Virus record (IMG/VR): IMGVR_UViG_3300045988_067909
Strand: one strand, 5' to 3'
From: a virus
Length of the DNA stretch: 64,000 nt
Shown: positions 40,193 to 50,612 of the stretch, in pieces
How positions within the stretch are numbered: position 1 is the stretch's first letter
Layout: every line of letters starts with the position of its first letter
Notes under the pieces: model-generated
Databases searched by the model: none
Told to the model about the DNA's origin: nothing
Seen by the model: the letters and a program-made list of their open reading frames with translations, nothing else
Position numbers and translations under genes: made by a program

Positions 40193-41422
40193 ATGGGTAA
40201 AATAGCAAATAAGACCTATATCAATACTGTCAACTCAATGACAAATAGTATGGTCGATAGAATTGATAATAACTTCTATACATTCATAGATAAGGCTCCG
40301 ACTACAGTAACGTATTATAATATCAATACTGAAAAGACAACTATCGACGAAGGTACAGCTATGATGTATAGCTATACTGATAAAGATAGCAGCATTAGAT
40401 TTAATAAGATCAATGATGTAGTATTATTTGGTATAGATAGAATTGCCATAGATATTGATGCTGGTGATTTTGGTGCTGAAGGTAGTTCCGTAGAAGGGGA
40501 TGCTTACTTAGTACCTAATGCGTTCAAACCATTTCCTCAAGACTATTTCATCATTAACCATATGAAAGATAAAGCTGTATTTAAGATTACAGCTGTATCT
40601 TTAGATACTATGCCTAATGGTGCTAATATGTATAAGCTTAGCTATAAACTAAGTCTTATGGATGCAGATACTACTGAGCTAGATAACTTAGCTACAGATG
40701 AGTATGAAATGGTTGTCGGTAACCAAGGTACTAACCTATCTATGCTTATTAGAAGCACAGACTATGATTATATCACCAGATTAGAAAATATCTGTAATAG
40801 TTTGAGAGCTATCTTTAGAAGCTACTTCTATAGTGATAGAACTCAAGCATATATCTTTAAGTATGATGATCGTAATTTCTATGATCCTTTCATGATAGAG
40901 TTTATATTACGTACTGATTGTATGAACTCTCCAGAACTGCCATACTTATTTATGGACCACCAACTATATATGCCACAGACTTTCCCATTAGACTATAAGC
41001 GTACATTCCAGTATGCTGTAGAGAAAGGTAAAGTCGATGTACTATGTAATCCAAATCTTAATGCTACATTGGTTACAGACCAAACTTCTATGCTGGCTAG
41101 ATGCTTAGAAGAATACTATTACGTACATTTATATAGGCCTGGTGCTTATTATCCTATCAGTGCTTATGATGATGATACAGTAAGACGTATTCAACAAGCA
41201 GATGCTTATGATAGAACAGAACCTGGATTCTATAAGAATATTCTTATAGAGTATTTCTTACGTAGAAACGATAAACGTTTCACTGAAGAGGTTCTAAGAG
41301 AGTTAGAAGAATTCAATTATGATAGACCTCTAAATGAACTATTCTACTATTTACCAGTGATTATCTATATCTTAATGGATAAATGTAATCTACTTAGTAC
41401 AGATATAGCTAAAAGAGGGTAA
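40193..41422 (+). CDS. Hypothetical protein (409 aa)
   Basis: SD AAGGAGGAATAA. Confidence 0.6.
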   Translation: MGKIANKTYINTVNSMTNSMVDRIDNNFYTFIDKAPTTVTYYNINTEKTTIDEGTAMMYSYTDKDSSIRFNKINDVVLFGIDRIAIDIDAGDFGAEGSSVEGDAYLVPNAFKPFPQDYFIINHMKDKAVFKITAVSLDTMPNGANMYKLSYKLSLMDADTTELDNLATDEYEMVVGNQGTNLSMLIRSTDYDYITRLENICNSLRAIFRSYFYSDRTQAYIFKYDDRNFYDPFMIEFILRTDCMNSPELPYLFMDHQLYMPQTFPLDYKRTFQYAVEKGKVDVLCNPNLNATLVTDQTSMLARCLEEYYYVHLYRPGAYYPISAYDDDTVRRIQQADAYDRTEPGFYKNILIEYFLRRNDKRFTEEVLRELEEFNYDRPLNELFYYLPVIIYILMDKCNLLSTDIAKRG

Positions 41423-41468
41423 GTCCAACATATTCATAATTTCATAGTCCTTATGGAGGTTAAAAAAT

Positions 41469-41723
41469 ATGAATGATTTAGACCGATTCTTCCTAGAGGA
41501 TCTAGAAGGTGAACTATTTCTAGACGTTCTAAGTGAAGATACTACATTGGATCTATTAATTGACGATACTCATCGTGGTGATGTTGATGTAGATCCTGCA
41601 AGTGATGACTACACAGCTAATTACTTAGATGATGTAGATGATAACAATCTTGATCGTGTTATTGATGGTGAAGAAATCGATGATGACGACGATTACGATG
41701 ATGATTATGATGATTTTTATTAA
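41469..41723 (+). CDS. Small polyacidic protein (84 aa, Asp-rich)
   Basis: SD ATGGAGGT; about 40 percent D/E; C-terminal DDDDDYDDDYDDFY. Confidence 0.6.
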   Translation: MNDLDRFFLEDLEGELFLDVLSEDTTLDLLIDDTHRGDVDVDPASDDYTANYLDDVDDNNLDRVIDGEEIDDDDDYDDDYDDFY

Positions 41724-41741
41724 AAAAGGAGCTTTGTAACA

Positions 41742-42095
41742 ATGGCTGATGTAATTAGACAAGACTTAGACCGTGATGCTACTGCTGTAATTGATATTGT
41801 TAAATCTGGTAGTGCAGATGATCATGTAGTTGATAATGTTATTGACACCGTAACTGATGCTATCTCTGATGTAGAATTAGATGATACTCATAACGATGGT
41901 GATGACATTGATGCAGTTGAAGGTTTAGAACCTCAAGAGATAGATATCTATGCTGATGATGAAAATGATGCAGCTGAAATCGAATTAATGAATGATGCTG
42001 GTACAGAAGATGATAGTGATACTGATGATGAAGGTGTTACTGAAGAAATCGTTGATGCTGTACAAGAAGCTATGTCTGAACTAGAAGACTTTTAA
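41742..42095 (+). CDS. Small polyacidic protein (117 aa, Asp/Glu-rich)
   Basis: SD AAAGGAG; D/E-rich throughout. Confidence 0.6.
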   Translation: MADVIRQDLDRDATAVIDIVKSGSADDHVVDNVIDTVTDAISDVELDDTHNDGDDIDAVEGLEPQEIDIYADDENDAAEIELMNDAGTEDDSDTDDEGVTEEIVDAVQEAMSELEDF

Positions 42096-42121
42096 TTTTT
42101 TACAAAAAATAAAACAATTAT

Positions 42122-42148
42122 GTAGAAGAGGCTGCGAACCTCTTCTAC
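42122..42148. terminator. Bidirectional hairpin GTAGAAGAGG-ctgcgaa-CCTCTTCTAC
   Basis: 10-bp perfect stem, A-run upstream and T-rich downstream, between convergent genes. Confidence 0.55.
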
Positions 42149-42168
42149 ACATTGTTTTGTTTAGAGTA

Positions 42169-42345
42169 TTATGGTTCTAATCCTTCGATAAAGGATAAGC
42201 AGTCCATATACTCATTATGAGAATAGTTTTTTGAATTACCATTCTCATAATTGTGTACCACAGATAAAGCTAATCTTACTTTTAGTGCAAAATTAGCTTT
42301 ATAACCTGCGTTGAGATTAAAATATCTCATTTGTGCCCCTGTCAT
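42169..42345 (-). CDS. Microprotein A (58 aa) under the duplicated leader
   Basis: True start is at the internal ATG 5 nt after AAAGGAGGTGAT; the ORF-track N-terminal extension MFSTVKGGDP is the translated SD region from a GTG. Confidence 0.55.
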   Translation of the reverse strand: MTGAQMRYFNLNAGYKANFALKVRLALSVVHNYENGNSKNYSHNEYMDCLSFIEGLEP

Positions 42346-42470
42346 AGGATCACCTCCTTTGACGGTGGAGAACACACCGTGTATGGTTATATTTAGATAC
42401 AGCTATTTGCGGTAGCTGTATCTACCATACACATTTATAGTATATAACTATAACTCAGTTTACTTTATAA
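42341..42470 (-). promoter_or_regulatory. Duplicated leader copy A: SD, a conserved 11-bp-arm inverted repeat (42395-42423) and promoter-like AT-rich upstream sequence
   Basis: About 125 bp is near-identical to 42703-42830; the IR AGATACAGCTA-n7-TAGCTGTATCT is conserved while the loop differs. Confidence 0.6.
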
Positions 42471-42524
42471 AAAATAATGGTTCATGGGTAGATGAGTGAA
42501 CACCTACCCATGAAGGTAGTCAAA

Positions 42525-42707
42525 CTACCTTACACCATATTTGTCCATCAGCCTAGCTGATGCACCTCCTCTAACAGGTAGAGGAGATGGGTGTTGTAAA
42601 ACACCAAACTTATCAACGTATGGAATCGATTCAGACTCGATTCTCATACGATCAATGTCTGGGACTAGTTTACACCAGTCCAACATTTTCTCTCTTTCTG
42701 ACGTCAT
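42525..42707 (-). CDS. Microprotein B (60 aa) under the duplicated leader
   Basis: Same SD and leader as microprotein A; unrelated protein sequence. Confidence 0.55.
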   Translation of the reverse strand: MTSEREKMLDWCKLVPDIDRMRIESESIPYVDKFGVLQHPSPLPVRGGASARLMDKYGVR

Positions 42708-42830
42708 AGGATCACCTCCTTTGACGGTGGAGAACACACCGTGTATGGGTAAATTTAGATACAGCTAATTCCGATAGCTGTATCTACCATGCACATTTAT
42801 AGTATGCAATTGTAAAACAGTTTACTTTAA
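42703..42830 (-). promoter_or_regulatory. Duplicated leader copy B with conserved inverted repeat (42757-42785)
   Basis: Near-identical to copy A across SD, IR arms and upstream AT-rich sequence. Confidence 0.6.
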
Positions 42831-42841
42831 CGAAAAGAAAT

Positions 42842-42868
42842 CCCTGTATAGGCATTGCCTATACAGGG
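42842..42868. terminator. Terminator hairpin CCCTGTATAGG-cattg-CCTATACAGGG plus TATTTTTG (TATAGGCAATGCCTATA family; loop variant TTG)
   Basis: 11-bp perfect stem; related core to 32-58, 19229-19255 and 54727-54751. Confidence 0.6.
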
Positions 42869-42882
42869 TATTTTTGTGTTTC

Positions 42883-43851
42883 TTATCGATAGTCGTATTG
42901 TTTTTGGATATCATTAGGAATATAGAATCCTAATGCTTCAGATAATACCATCATAGTTAGTGTAGCTTCACAAGCTGCTGTGATTTTATCCATATCTAAT
43001 GTACCAGATTCAGTAATCATACCATAACCTAGATTAGCTAAAGCTTTCTTAGATAGGTCACGAACCATAGCTTCATATAAACCTACTTTACGAGTATCCA
43101 AACGTTTCTTAATTTGCAATCTACCACGTTGAATAGTAGATTCTTTAATCTCTTCTTCCTCTTCAGCATTAGCTGCTTGGATAGTTGCAACTTTATCTTC
43201 TACGTTTTGTAATACATCTTTGATGTGTTCTTTATCTTCGATATTAGCAATGATGAACTGTTCAATACCATTAGCTACATGAGTTTTTACAGAATCACCA
43301 ATGTCTTGGATTTCTTCTTTGTTTTCATCGGAGTTTACTTTATCAACGAATGTTTCAGTATCATCTGGAGAAACTTTAGGTTCTTCATCTAAGTCATTGG
43401 ATTTTAAAGCTTCTTCATTATCTTCCATGATAGCTTTATGAGTTTCTGTTACATACTTAGCAATTTGTGCAGTGAATGCATTTGTTTTGCTTAATGTAGA
43501 TAGGATTTTATCAGAACCGGTTTGCTCAATGAAATTGGAGATAACTTTGTTTCTAATTACACGGTTATCTTCAGACATCATTGGATAACTAGCAGATGCT
43601 TCGAATAAGATATTCAAAGCTTCAAAGATAAGACCATTACGTACAGAATTAGAGAAGTCTTGACGACGTTTAGTCATTTTACTACGATTAGCAATTTGAT
43701 CATATAGATTACTTGCTACTGCAGATTCATGTACAGGTTGGTATTCTAATTCTTTTAAACCTTTTACAATTTCTTCACGTCTAGCGGATTGTACTGCTTC
43801 AAAAAATAAAGAACCAGATGTAATTCCTCTAGGTTTATTTTTAATATTCAT
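42883..43851 (-). CDS. Hypothetical protein (322 aa)
   Basis: ORF; SD GGAGGTTAATG on the minus strand. Confidence 0.6.
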   Translation of the reverse strand: MNIKNKPRGITSGSLFFEAVQSARREEIVKGLKELEYQPVHESAVASNLYDQIANRSKMTKRRQDFSNSVRNGLIFEALNILFEASASYPMMSEDNRVIRNKVISNFIEQTGSDKILSTLSKTNAFTAQIAKYVTETHKAIMEDNEEALKSNDLDEEPKVSPDDTETFVDKVNSDENKEEIQDIGDSVKTHVANGIEQFIIANIEDKEHIKDVLQNVEDKVATIQAANAEEEEEIKESTIQRGRLQIKKRLDTRKVGLYEAMVRDLSKKALANLGYGMITESGTLDMDKITAACEATLTMMVLSEALGFYIPNDIQKQYDYR

Positions 43852-43865
43852 TAATCATTAACCTC

Positions 43866-44864
43866 CTAGAATAGACTGCTATTAGCACCAGCAGAATCAG
43901 GAATGCTGTCACTAATGTCATCATGTTTAAATTTAGTTTTAGAAGAATCTTCTTCTTTGATTTCTTTAGACATCTTAGCCGTAGCTGCTTTATCATTGAT
44001 GTCCAATTTATCAGCATAACGACGGAACTTAACTGCAACGTCACGTTGGTAATCAGCTGCATCTTTCATATCATCATCGTATTCAATCTTAGAAGCATTG
44101 ATTTCTAGCATACTTGCTTGTACTTCAAGATATTCAGCTAAGCTAGTTCTACAGAAGTAGAAATAGTATACGATTTCACGTAAGATAGGAATGATATTGA
44201 AGATCAAGTAAATACCAGCACCAATCATGGATACTGCTGCCATAGTACCTAAGATACCACGAGCATGTGCTTTAGTGAATAAAGATAATGCTTTAGCTAA
44301 TTTACCATTACGGGAGTTTTCATTAAAGCGTTCAAGATTCTTGATAACTACGTTGTCGTCTAATACATTAAAGTGTTTAGACTCCATGGCAAACTTAGTT
44401 GTACCATCATTATCCATAATGTATTCTGTAATAGCAGATACCATCATACTAGTAGAAGCGATGATAGACAATACGGTGAAATTATAAATAGTGCAAGGGT
44501 AATCCAAGTTACGCATGAATGCGCCAACGTAAGCATATTTATCTTTTTCTAAGTTAGCTAATGCTTCTTTAGTAGTCTTTAATGCTTTAGATTGGATATT
44601 ACGAGAAGCACAAAGACGTTCTAAAGCTTCTAGTGTTTGTTTCACTAGTTTATAGTGACGTAAACGTTGTACATCACCTTTGGATAATGGAATATCACCA
44701 AAGTCTACTTCATTAGCTTTAAGCTTAATGAAATCATAGATCTTATTGGATACATTCATCATAATCATTCGTTGGTCTGCTTCATTTACAGCAGACACGA
44801 TTGCTAATGTTTCTTTATCACCCAAATCCATATAGGAGCAGGCTTCTTTAAAGTATTTAGTCAT
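43866..44864 (-). CDS. Hypothetical protein with an internal hydrophobic segment (332 aa)
   Basis: GILGTMAAVSMIGAGIYLIFNIIPIL hydrophobic stretch; SD AGGAGGAGG. Confidence 0.6.
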   Translation of the reverse strand: MTKYFKEACSYMDLGDKETLAIVSAVNEADQRMIMMNVSNKIYDFIKLKANEVDFGDIPLSKGDVQRLRHYKLVKQTLEALERLCASRNIQSKALKTTKEALANLEKDKYAYVGAFMRNLDYPCTIYNFTVLSIIASTSMMVSAITEYIMDNDGTTKFAMESKHFNVLDDNVVIKNLERFNENSRNGKLAKALSLFTKAHARGILGTMAAVSMIGAGIYLIFNIIPILREIVYYFYFCRTSLAEYLEVQASMLEINASKIEYDDDMKDAADYQRDVAVKFRRYADKLDINDKAATAKMSKEIKEEDSSKTKFKHDDISDSIPDSAGANSSLF

Positions 44865-44875
44865 GTGTCCTCCTC

Positions 44876-46075
44876 CTAGGCCATTTTAGTTAATAGGTTA
44901 ACGATTTGCTTAGCATCCATGTCTTTATCTTTCTTCAAGGATTTGAATCGTACTAATTCGTATTCATCATCACCTGTATCAAAGATTAAAGCTACAGACT
45001 CTGTAGTTTCATCTACAATACCAATACAGAGTAAGTTGTAGTCAGACATAATCTTTCTAGCTACATTAGATCTGGAAAGGTCAATGTCATTATTCTTTTT
45101 CAATTCTTCAACTTCATCTGTAGTTACTAATAAAGAAGTGATAGCTGTAGCATCATTCTTTTGACGGAAGAATTGATTAAGTTTAGATTTGGTAGCACGT
45201 TGCTCTAAGGCTTTCCACATTTTAGAGGAGGAACCATTACGAGCATTGGAGATAGCATCAACTTTAGCCTTACTCAATGCAAATACAAAGTCTCTCCAGA
45301 AACCAATTTCTTGAGATGTAGCACGGATAAAGTTGAATAAACTAATGGCAGAAGAGTTCTTAGATACAATACGTTGAACGATATCTAAACCAGCTACGTC
45401 GAATAATTTACATTTGATGCCTAAGTATGCAGATGTAGTAATAGGACGTCCAGTAGCTTTAGAGATGAAATTAACTTTCATCATCAATGGCATTTGTAGG
45501 TTAGCCTTATCAAGTTTATCTTGAGTTAATATGATGCTACCAGGTTTATTATCACCACCATTACCATTACGTTTAGCATCAGCTTCTGTAATGATAGTAT
45601 TAGTTAATGGTAAGCTATGTTTTAAGCTGTGTTTGTAGTTTTCATATACAGCTTTAATACCAGGTGTAAACATGGTCATTGCACCAGATTCTTTTGCTAG
45701 TTTATTATTAATAGTAAGATAATCATCTACATCAATACCATCATTAAATTGCATATTGCTATGGATATTCTTAACGTAATCAATAGCATCTGTAGCATTA
45801 GTAATGGCCATAGCAGTTAAAAGCATTTTAACTAAGTTTGCATACTTAGCTTCAAGTGCTTTAGCAATTAGCTCAGCTGTTGCTAATTCCATATTACGGC
45901 TAAACATAACTGGGAATGTAAGTACCAAGTCTTTAGTTGCACTATTAATAGACTTGAAAGACTTATATCCACCAGCTTGAGTCGGTAATAATTTGTCTAA
46001 ACTGAAATCATCAGCGGTTACATTGTCATAGACATTAATGATGTCGCTGAGGATTGATTCTTGAATGTAAGACAT
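44876..46075 (-). CDS. Hypothetical protein (399 aa)
   Basis: ORF; SD AAGGAGGACT. Confidence 0.6.
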   Translation of the reverse strand: MSYIQESILSDIINVYDNVTADDFSLDKLLPTQAGGYKSFKSINSATKDLVLTFPVMFSRNMELATAELIAKALEAKYANLVKMLLTAMAITNATDAIDYVKNIHSNMQFNDGIDVDDYLTINNKLAKESGAMTMFTPGIKAVYENYKHSLKHSLPLTNTIITEADAKRNGNGGDNKPGSIILTQDKLDKANLQMPLMMKVNFISKATGRPITTSAYLGIKCKLFDVAGLDIVQRIVSKNSSAISLFNFIRATSQEIGFWRDFVFALSKAKVDAISNARNGSSSKMWKALEQRATKSKLNQFFRQKNDATAITSLLVTTDEVEELKKNNDIDLSRSNVARKIMSDYNLLCIGIVDETTESVALIFDTGDDEYELVRFKSLKKDKDMDAKQIVNLLTKMA

Positions 46076-46183
46076 TATAGTCCTCCTTAAAATACGTATT
46101 CTAAATTCAATATTGAAATTTACTACTATGTTAAACTAGCCCCATTTAGGCAAAAAATAAAAGCCTAGCCGAATATAAAATAG

Positions 46184-46666
46184 TTACTTAATAAATATAG
46201 ACGTTGGCTCTGCATCATTGATACAGTCTAAAATATCTTCATAATAACCGTCTTCTTCGGCATACATTCTAGCGAGTTCCATACGTTCTTTATATGTACA
46301 ACATTTCTCCTCAGGGGTTCTCATAGCTTCTTCATCACCACAGTTATAGTGTTTACCAGGTCCGATTAAAGATAATAGCTCATCCACAAGAACAGCATTC
46401 TCCAAAAGATCTTTTCTTAGCTTCTTAACGATTCTACTTGAATAATAAGTTTTACCATCTTGGTCAATAAGAACTTCACCTGGTTTAGCTGGTCTAAAGT
46501 TTGTCTTCTCTACCTGATTAACTTTGATGCTTTCATCAATAACTACATAGTTCCCTAAGTAAGACATATCATAAGATTCATTATAGCCCGTAATAATCTC
46601 GTTAGTATCGTAATCATAGCTGCTCATAGTGGTTACCTCTTCCTTTAATTGATGTCTAATAAACAA
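46184..46666 (-). CDS. Hypothetical protein (160 aa)
   Basis: ORF; SD AAGGAAGAGGT. Confidence 0.55.
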   Translation of the reverse strand: MFIRHQLKEEVTTMSSYDYDTNEIITGYNESYDMSYLGNYVVIDESIKVNQVEKTNFRPAKPGEVLIDQDGKTYYSSRIVKKLRKDLLENAVLVDELLSLIGPGKHYNCGDEEAMRTPEEKCCTYKERMELARMYAEEDGYYEDILDCINDAEPTSIFIK

Positions 46667-46794
46667 AACTTTGGAGGGAGAGTTAACTCTAATGAGTTAT
46701 CAGCTAGACTCTTATCTCTTATTCATAGTTATAGTATACAATTAAAGATATCTTTGAAACATCTCTATAATCCTATAAAGAAAGGAGACTGAGA

Positions 46795-47961
46795 ATGTCC
46801 GATGAAACAACTGACATCAGACAGGGTAAAACTTTAACCGAGAATAATCAAGAATATAAGAATCTTAAACCTACGGTTGATTCCCAAATGATGTTGCAAT
46901 TCATTAAAAAGAATGGTATATACAATCCGACATCTCTAGATAGATATCATAGATTTGCTAGGTTCTCTAAGATAGATCCGTATAATCGTGTAGGTATGAC
47001 TAGAGAATATATATTCTTTACCAAACCAGATTTACAAATCTTCTTACATGATAAGAACTTTTCTATTGGTAGTGGTGGTAGTAATGATATGTCTAAAACA
47101 TTCATTGACTCTGTAGCCAATAATCCACTATTTGTAGAAGCAGCAACTAAATATCCTGAGGTATTGCATCAACTATGCTATTCTCAAAACCGTTCTGAAC
47201 CATTCGTTAATCTTCTTTCAAACCAGAAAACTTCTAATGTCGATTTACCAGCTATTAGTGTAGCTAATGATTATGAGACATCTAGAAATATTTTAGGTTC
47301 TTCTGTATTCTATCGAGGGACTTCAATAGAGAGTGATGAAAACCATGAATTCAGTGTAGAGTTTCTAGATACTAAGTATCTAGAAGTCTACATGTTTTTC
47401 AAGCTGTTTGATGAATATTCTAGATTGAAGCACTTTGGTAGAATCAATCAGCCTAATAAAGCTTATGCTATGCAACGTATTATTCATGACCAAATGTCTA
47501 TGTATAAGTTCATAGTATCTGAAGATTCTGGTGGTGAAGATATCATCTATTGGGCTAAGTATGTTGGTGTGTACCCTAAGACAGTACCACGTGATGTATT
47601 TAGTGACATGGCAGACGGTTCTGATTTAAGATTTACAGTTAGTTTTAAATCTACATTTGTTTTCGATATGGAAGTTGACACATTACATGAATTCAATCAA
47701 CTATGTAGTCTATATTCTGGTGGTAATGCTGCTGGTGGTGGTTATATAGACGCATTAGATGGTTGGTCTGGTGATTGGATGCAGGCTCCATATATTGCTG
47801 GTCTTAATGGTGATGGTAAGAATCAATACAAGTTCTATAAACTTAAATGGAAAGCTCCATCTGATTCTTATAACTTCACTGACAAAAACCCTAGAGGGTA
47901 TGATGAGGCTAGAAAGAATTTACAAGAATATGCTAGATATCGTGAGAAATATAACGTTTAG
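46795..47961 (+). CDS. Hypothetical (virion-associated?) protein (388 aa)
   Basis: SD AAAGGAGACT; begins a plus-strand block of large genes. Confidence 0.6.
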   Translation: MSDETTDIRQGKTLTENNQEYKNLKPTVDSQMMLQFIKKNGIYNPTSLDRYHRFARFSKIDPYNRVGMTREYIFFTKPDLQIFLHDKNFSIGSGGSNDMSKTFIDSVANNPLFVEAATKYPEVLHQLCYSQNRSEPFVNLLSNQKTSNVDLPAISVANDYETSRNILGSSVFYRGTSIESDENHEFSVEFLDTKYLEVYMFFKLFDEYSRLKHFGRINQPNKAYAMQRIIHDQMSMYKFIVSEDSGGEDIIYWAKYVGVYPKTVPRDVFSDMADGSDLRFTVSFKSTFVFDMEVDTLHEFNQLCSLYSGGNAAGGGYIDALDGWSGDWMQAPYIAGLNGDGKNQYKFYKLKWKAPSDSYNFTDKNPRGYDEARKNLQEYARYREKYNV

Positions 47962-47975
47962 GAAGGGGGAGATTA

Positions 47976-50612
47976 ATGGCTAATGAACTATTGACGAACT
48001 CTAATATTTATGATCTTAATTCATATATTGATGCTGTCAAGAAAAAACATATCCAAGAAGATGATCTTACCCTATCTATGGGTATATTTGGTTATCTAAG
48101 TGACGTATTCTCTACATCTCTACAAAATAATATCATTATGGCTTCTGAATTTGGTAATGAAGCTATTCCGACTAGAGCTAAATTCGAAAAGAATATTATT
48201 GCTCATGCTTTAGGTTTAGGTATTAAGAATATTAATGCTAGACCTGCATATATGGATATAGTATTTACTATCTCTGAAGACGTACTATTAGCTAATATGC
48301 GTAATGATGTATTTACGTTTGATAGGGAAGTAGCTATTAATATTGGTGGATTTGAATTCCATACTGAGTATGATATCCTAATTCGTCGTGTGGTATTACC
48401 AGACGGTGATTATGTGTATACTGCACAGTATGACTTATCTGCTTATAATCCAATTATTGATTCATTTGAAATCATTGATCCATACTTACCACCAGTTGGT
48501 CGGATTCTTGATGAGAATGAACAAAAGATTGCAGTAAGATGTCGTATACGTCAATATACGTATACGAAAAACACTGCTACAATTCTTAATAGAAACCCTA
48601 TTGAGAATAAAACTTATCAGTTTACATTCGATGATCAGTTAGCTGGTTTCGATGTAACTATTAAGAACTATGGTAGTCAACCAGTTAAACTCTTACCTAT
48701 ATATGAAGGGTTACATACTGGTAGTGAAGTCAACTACTGTAGCTATACATATATAGATGAGAAGACTATTAGATTGGTATTTAGTGATACTTCTAATATT
48801 CCTGGTATGAACTCTGAGATTTCAGTTAATCTATATACCACCAAGGGTTCCGAAGGTAACTTCAAGTATATAGATCCTATCCAGTTATATCCTATCAGTG
48901 ATAGATTTAACTATGACCGTCTATTTATGGTTATCACACCATTAGGTGATCCATTAGGTTTACCTGCATCTGAAGATGGTTTGGATAAAAAGACTATTGA
49001 TGAGTTAAAGTTAATGATTCCTAAAGAAGCATTAGCTCGTGGTAGTGTAACCAACTCTAAAGACGTTAATAACTTCTTTAACTCTTTAAGCTATGGTTTA
49101 CCTAAGAATAAGCTATACTTCTTTAAGAAGATGGAATCTCCATTATATCGTCTATACTATGCTTATCTTTTAGCAAGCACTGATACACAAATGATTCCAA
49201 CTAATACAGTTCCTATAGAACTGATTAGACGTGACTTTGATAACGTATCTAGTGAAAACTATATCTTCAATACTGGTAATACTATTCAGTATGATGCTGG
49301 TGGTAATGGTAAAGTCATTTATGATAGATCAAAAGAAGATTTAGAATCTATAAATAAGATTAAGTTCTTATACTTCAATCCATTTATGATTGTAATCAAC
49401 AAGAGTCCTCTATACGCTTCATATTATATTAACTATATGGATACTAAGAAAGCTCTTGAGTTTGAGTATATCAATAAGGCTTCCAAATACCAATTCATTT
49501 GTAATAATCTTAACTGGAAGAGAGAATACTTCACTGATAAGAATACCTACAAGTGTACAGTTAAGCTAGTTCAAAACATCGATAGAAATATTGGTGTGGT
49601 TCATAAAGACAATGAACTAGATCCTGATGAAATTACTAGTGTAGATCTTAAAGTTCTAGGTGTATTCTATAAAGATGGTAAACCTGTACGTTGGACTCAA
49701 GGTAAATTCAAGAAGTACAATGAAACAGAGTTCTCTTTCTTATATGAGTTTGATATGGAAACAGACAACTCTATTGATACACTAAACCAACTTAAGATCT
49801 TAAATCTTAAAGAAGCTGGTTCTGATAATGACTTGTATGGTTATATGCCAAATAATACTCAGTTTAAAGTATTCACTTTCATTAAGAATAAAGATGGTGA
49901 AGATGCTGGTACATATAAGTCAGAACAAATCTTTACTAGTGGTAACTTAGATGGATATAGTCTTACTAATATCTACAACACTCGTGGTGGTGTAGACTTT
50001 ATGTATAACTACTCTGACATTATCGAATCTAAAGTTAAAGTCACTAAGTTGGATAATGGTACACTAAGCTATACTATAGATAAAGTTCCTATGGTTGGTT
50101 GGTCTTTCATTAATACTGAGATGAAATTACAAAAGTTCATTTTAGATTTAGAGAAGAAACGTGTACATATCAATCAGTGTTTGAACGTACTAGAAGACTC
50201 ATTCGGTATTGACTTTAAGTTATTTAATACATATGGCCCATCTAAACTATTCTATGTGGAAGATGGTAAACCATTGAATAGAACTAACTTAAGTTTACGA
50301 TTCCGAGTTAAGTTTATCAATACTAGTACCAAAGAGATGATTACATTGATTAAGAATGATATTCGATTATATATCGAAGATACTACTCAAATCAATGATC
50401 TTCATATACCTAATCTTATCACTTACATTACTGATAAGTATAAAGATGTATTAGTATACTTTGAGTTCTTAGAATTCAATGGATATGGACCAGGCATTCA
50501 GCATATCTATCGCAGAGATGAAATGATAGTTGGACGTATTCCTGAGTTCTTGAATGTCAATACAGCTAATACTGAAGAAAATCAATTAGATATTGAATTT
50601 GTTATTGTTTAG
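47976..50612 (+). CDS. Large hypothetical structural-type protein (878 aa)
   Basis: SD GGAAGGGGGAG; tightly spaced after the previous gene. Confidence 0.65.
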   Translation: MANELLTNSNIYDLNSYIDAVKKKHIQEDDLTLSMGIFGYLSDVFSTSLQNNIIMASEFGNEAIPTRAKFEKNIIAHALGLGIKNINARPAYMDIVFTISEDVLLANMRNDVFTFDREVAINIGGFEFHTEYDILIRRVVLPDGDYVYTAQYDLSAYNPIIDSFEIIDPYLPPVGRILDENEQKIAVRCRIRQYTYTKNTATILNRNPIENKTYQFTFDDQLAGFDVTIKNYGSQPVKLLPIYEGLHTGSEVNYCSYTYIDEKTIRLVFSDTSNIPGMNSEISVNLYTTKGSEGNFKYIDPIQLYPISDRFNYDRLFMVITPLGDPLGLPASEDGLDKKTIDELKLMIPKEALARGSVTNSKDVNNFFNSLSYGLPKNKLYFFKKMESPLYRLYYAYLLASTDTQMIPTNTVPIELIRRDFDNVSSENYIFNTGNTIQYDAGGNGKVIYDRSKEDLESINKIKFLYFNPFMIVINKSPLYASYYINYMDTKKALEFEYINKASKYQFICNNLNWKREYFTDKNTYKCTVKLVQNIDRNIGVVHKDNELDPDEITSVDLKVLGVFYKDGKPVRWTQGKFKKYNETEFSFLYEFDMETDNSIDTLNQLKILNLKEAGSDNDLYGYMPNNTQFKVFTFIKNKDGEDAGTYKSEQIFTSGNLDGYSLTNIYNTRGGVDFMYNYSDIIESKVKVTKLDNGTLSYTIDKVPMVGWSFINTEMKLQKFILDLEKKRVHINQCLNVLEDSFGIDFKLFNTYGPSKLFYVEDGKPLNRTNLSLRFRVKFINTSTKEMITLIKNDIRLYIEDTTQINDLHIPNLITYITDKYKDVLVYFEFLEFNGYGPGIQHIYRRDEMIVGRIPEFLNVNTANTEENQLDIEFVIV

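Noticed and set aside
42346-42375. Shared N-terminus MFSTVKGGDP on the two minus-strand microproteins
   Set aside because: It arises from translating the SD region (AAAGGAGGTGAT) from an upstream GTG. The ATG 5 nt downstream of the SD is the credible start, so the shared peptide is not a real conserved N-terminus.
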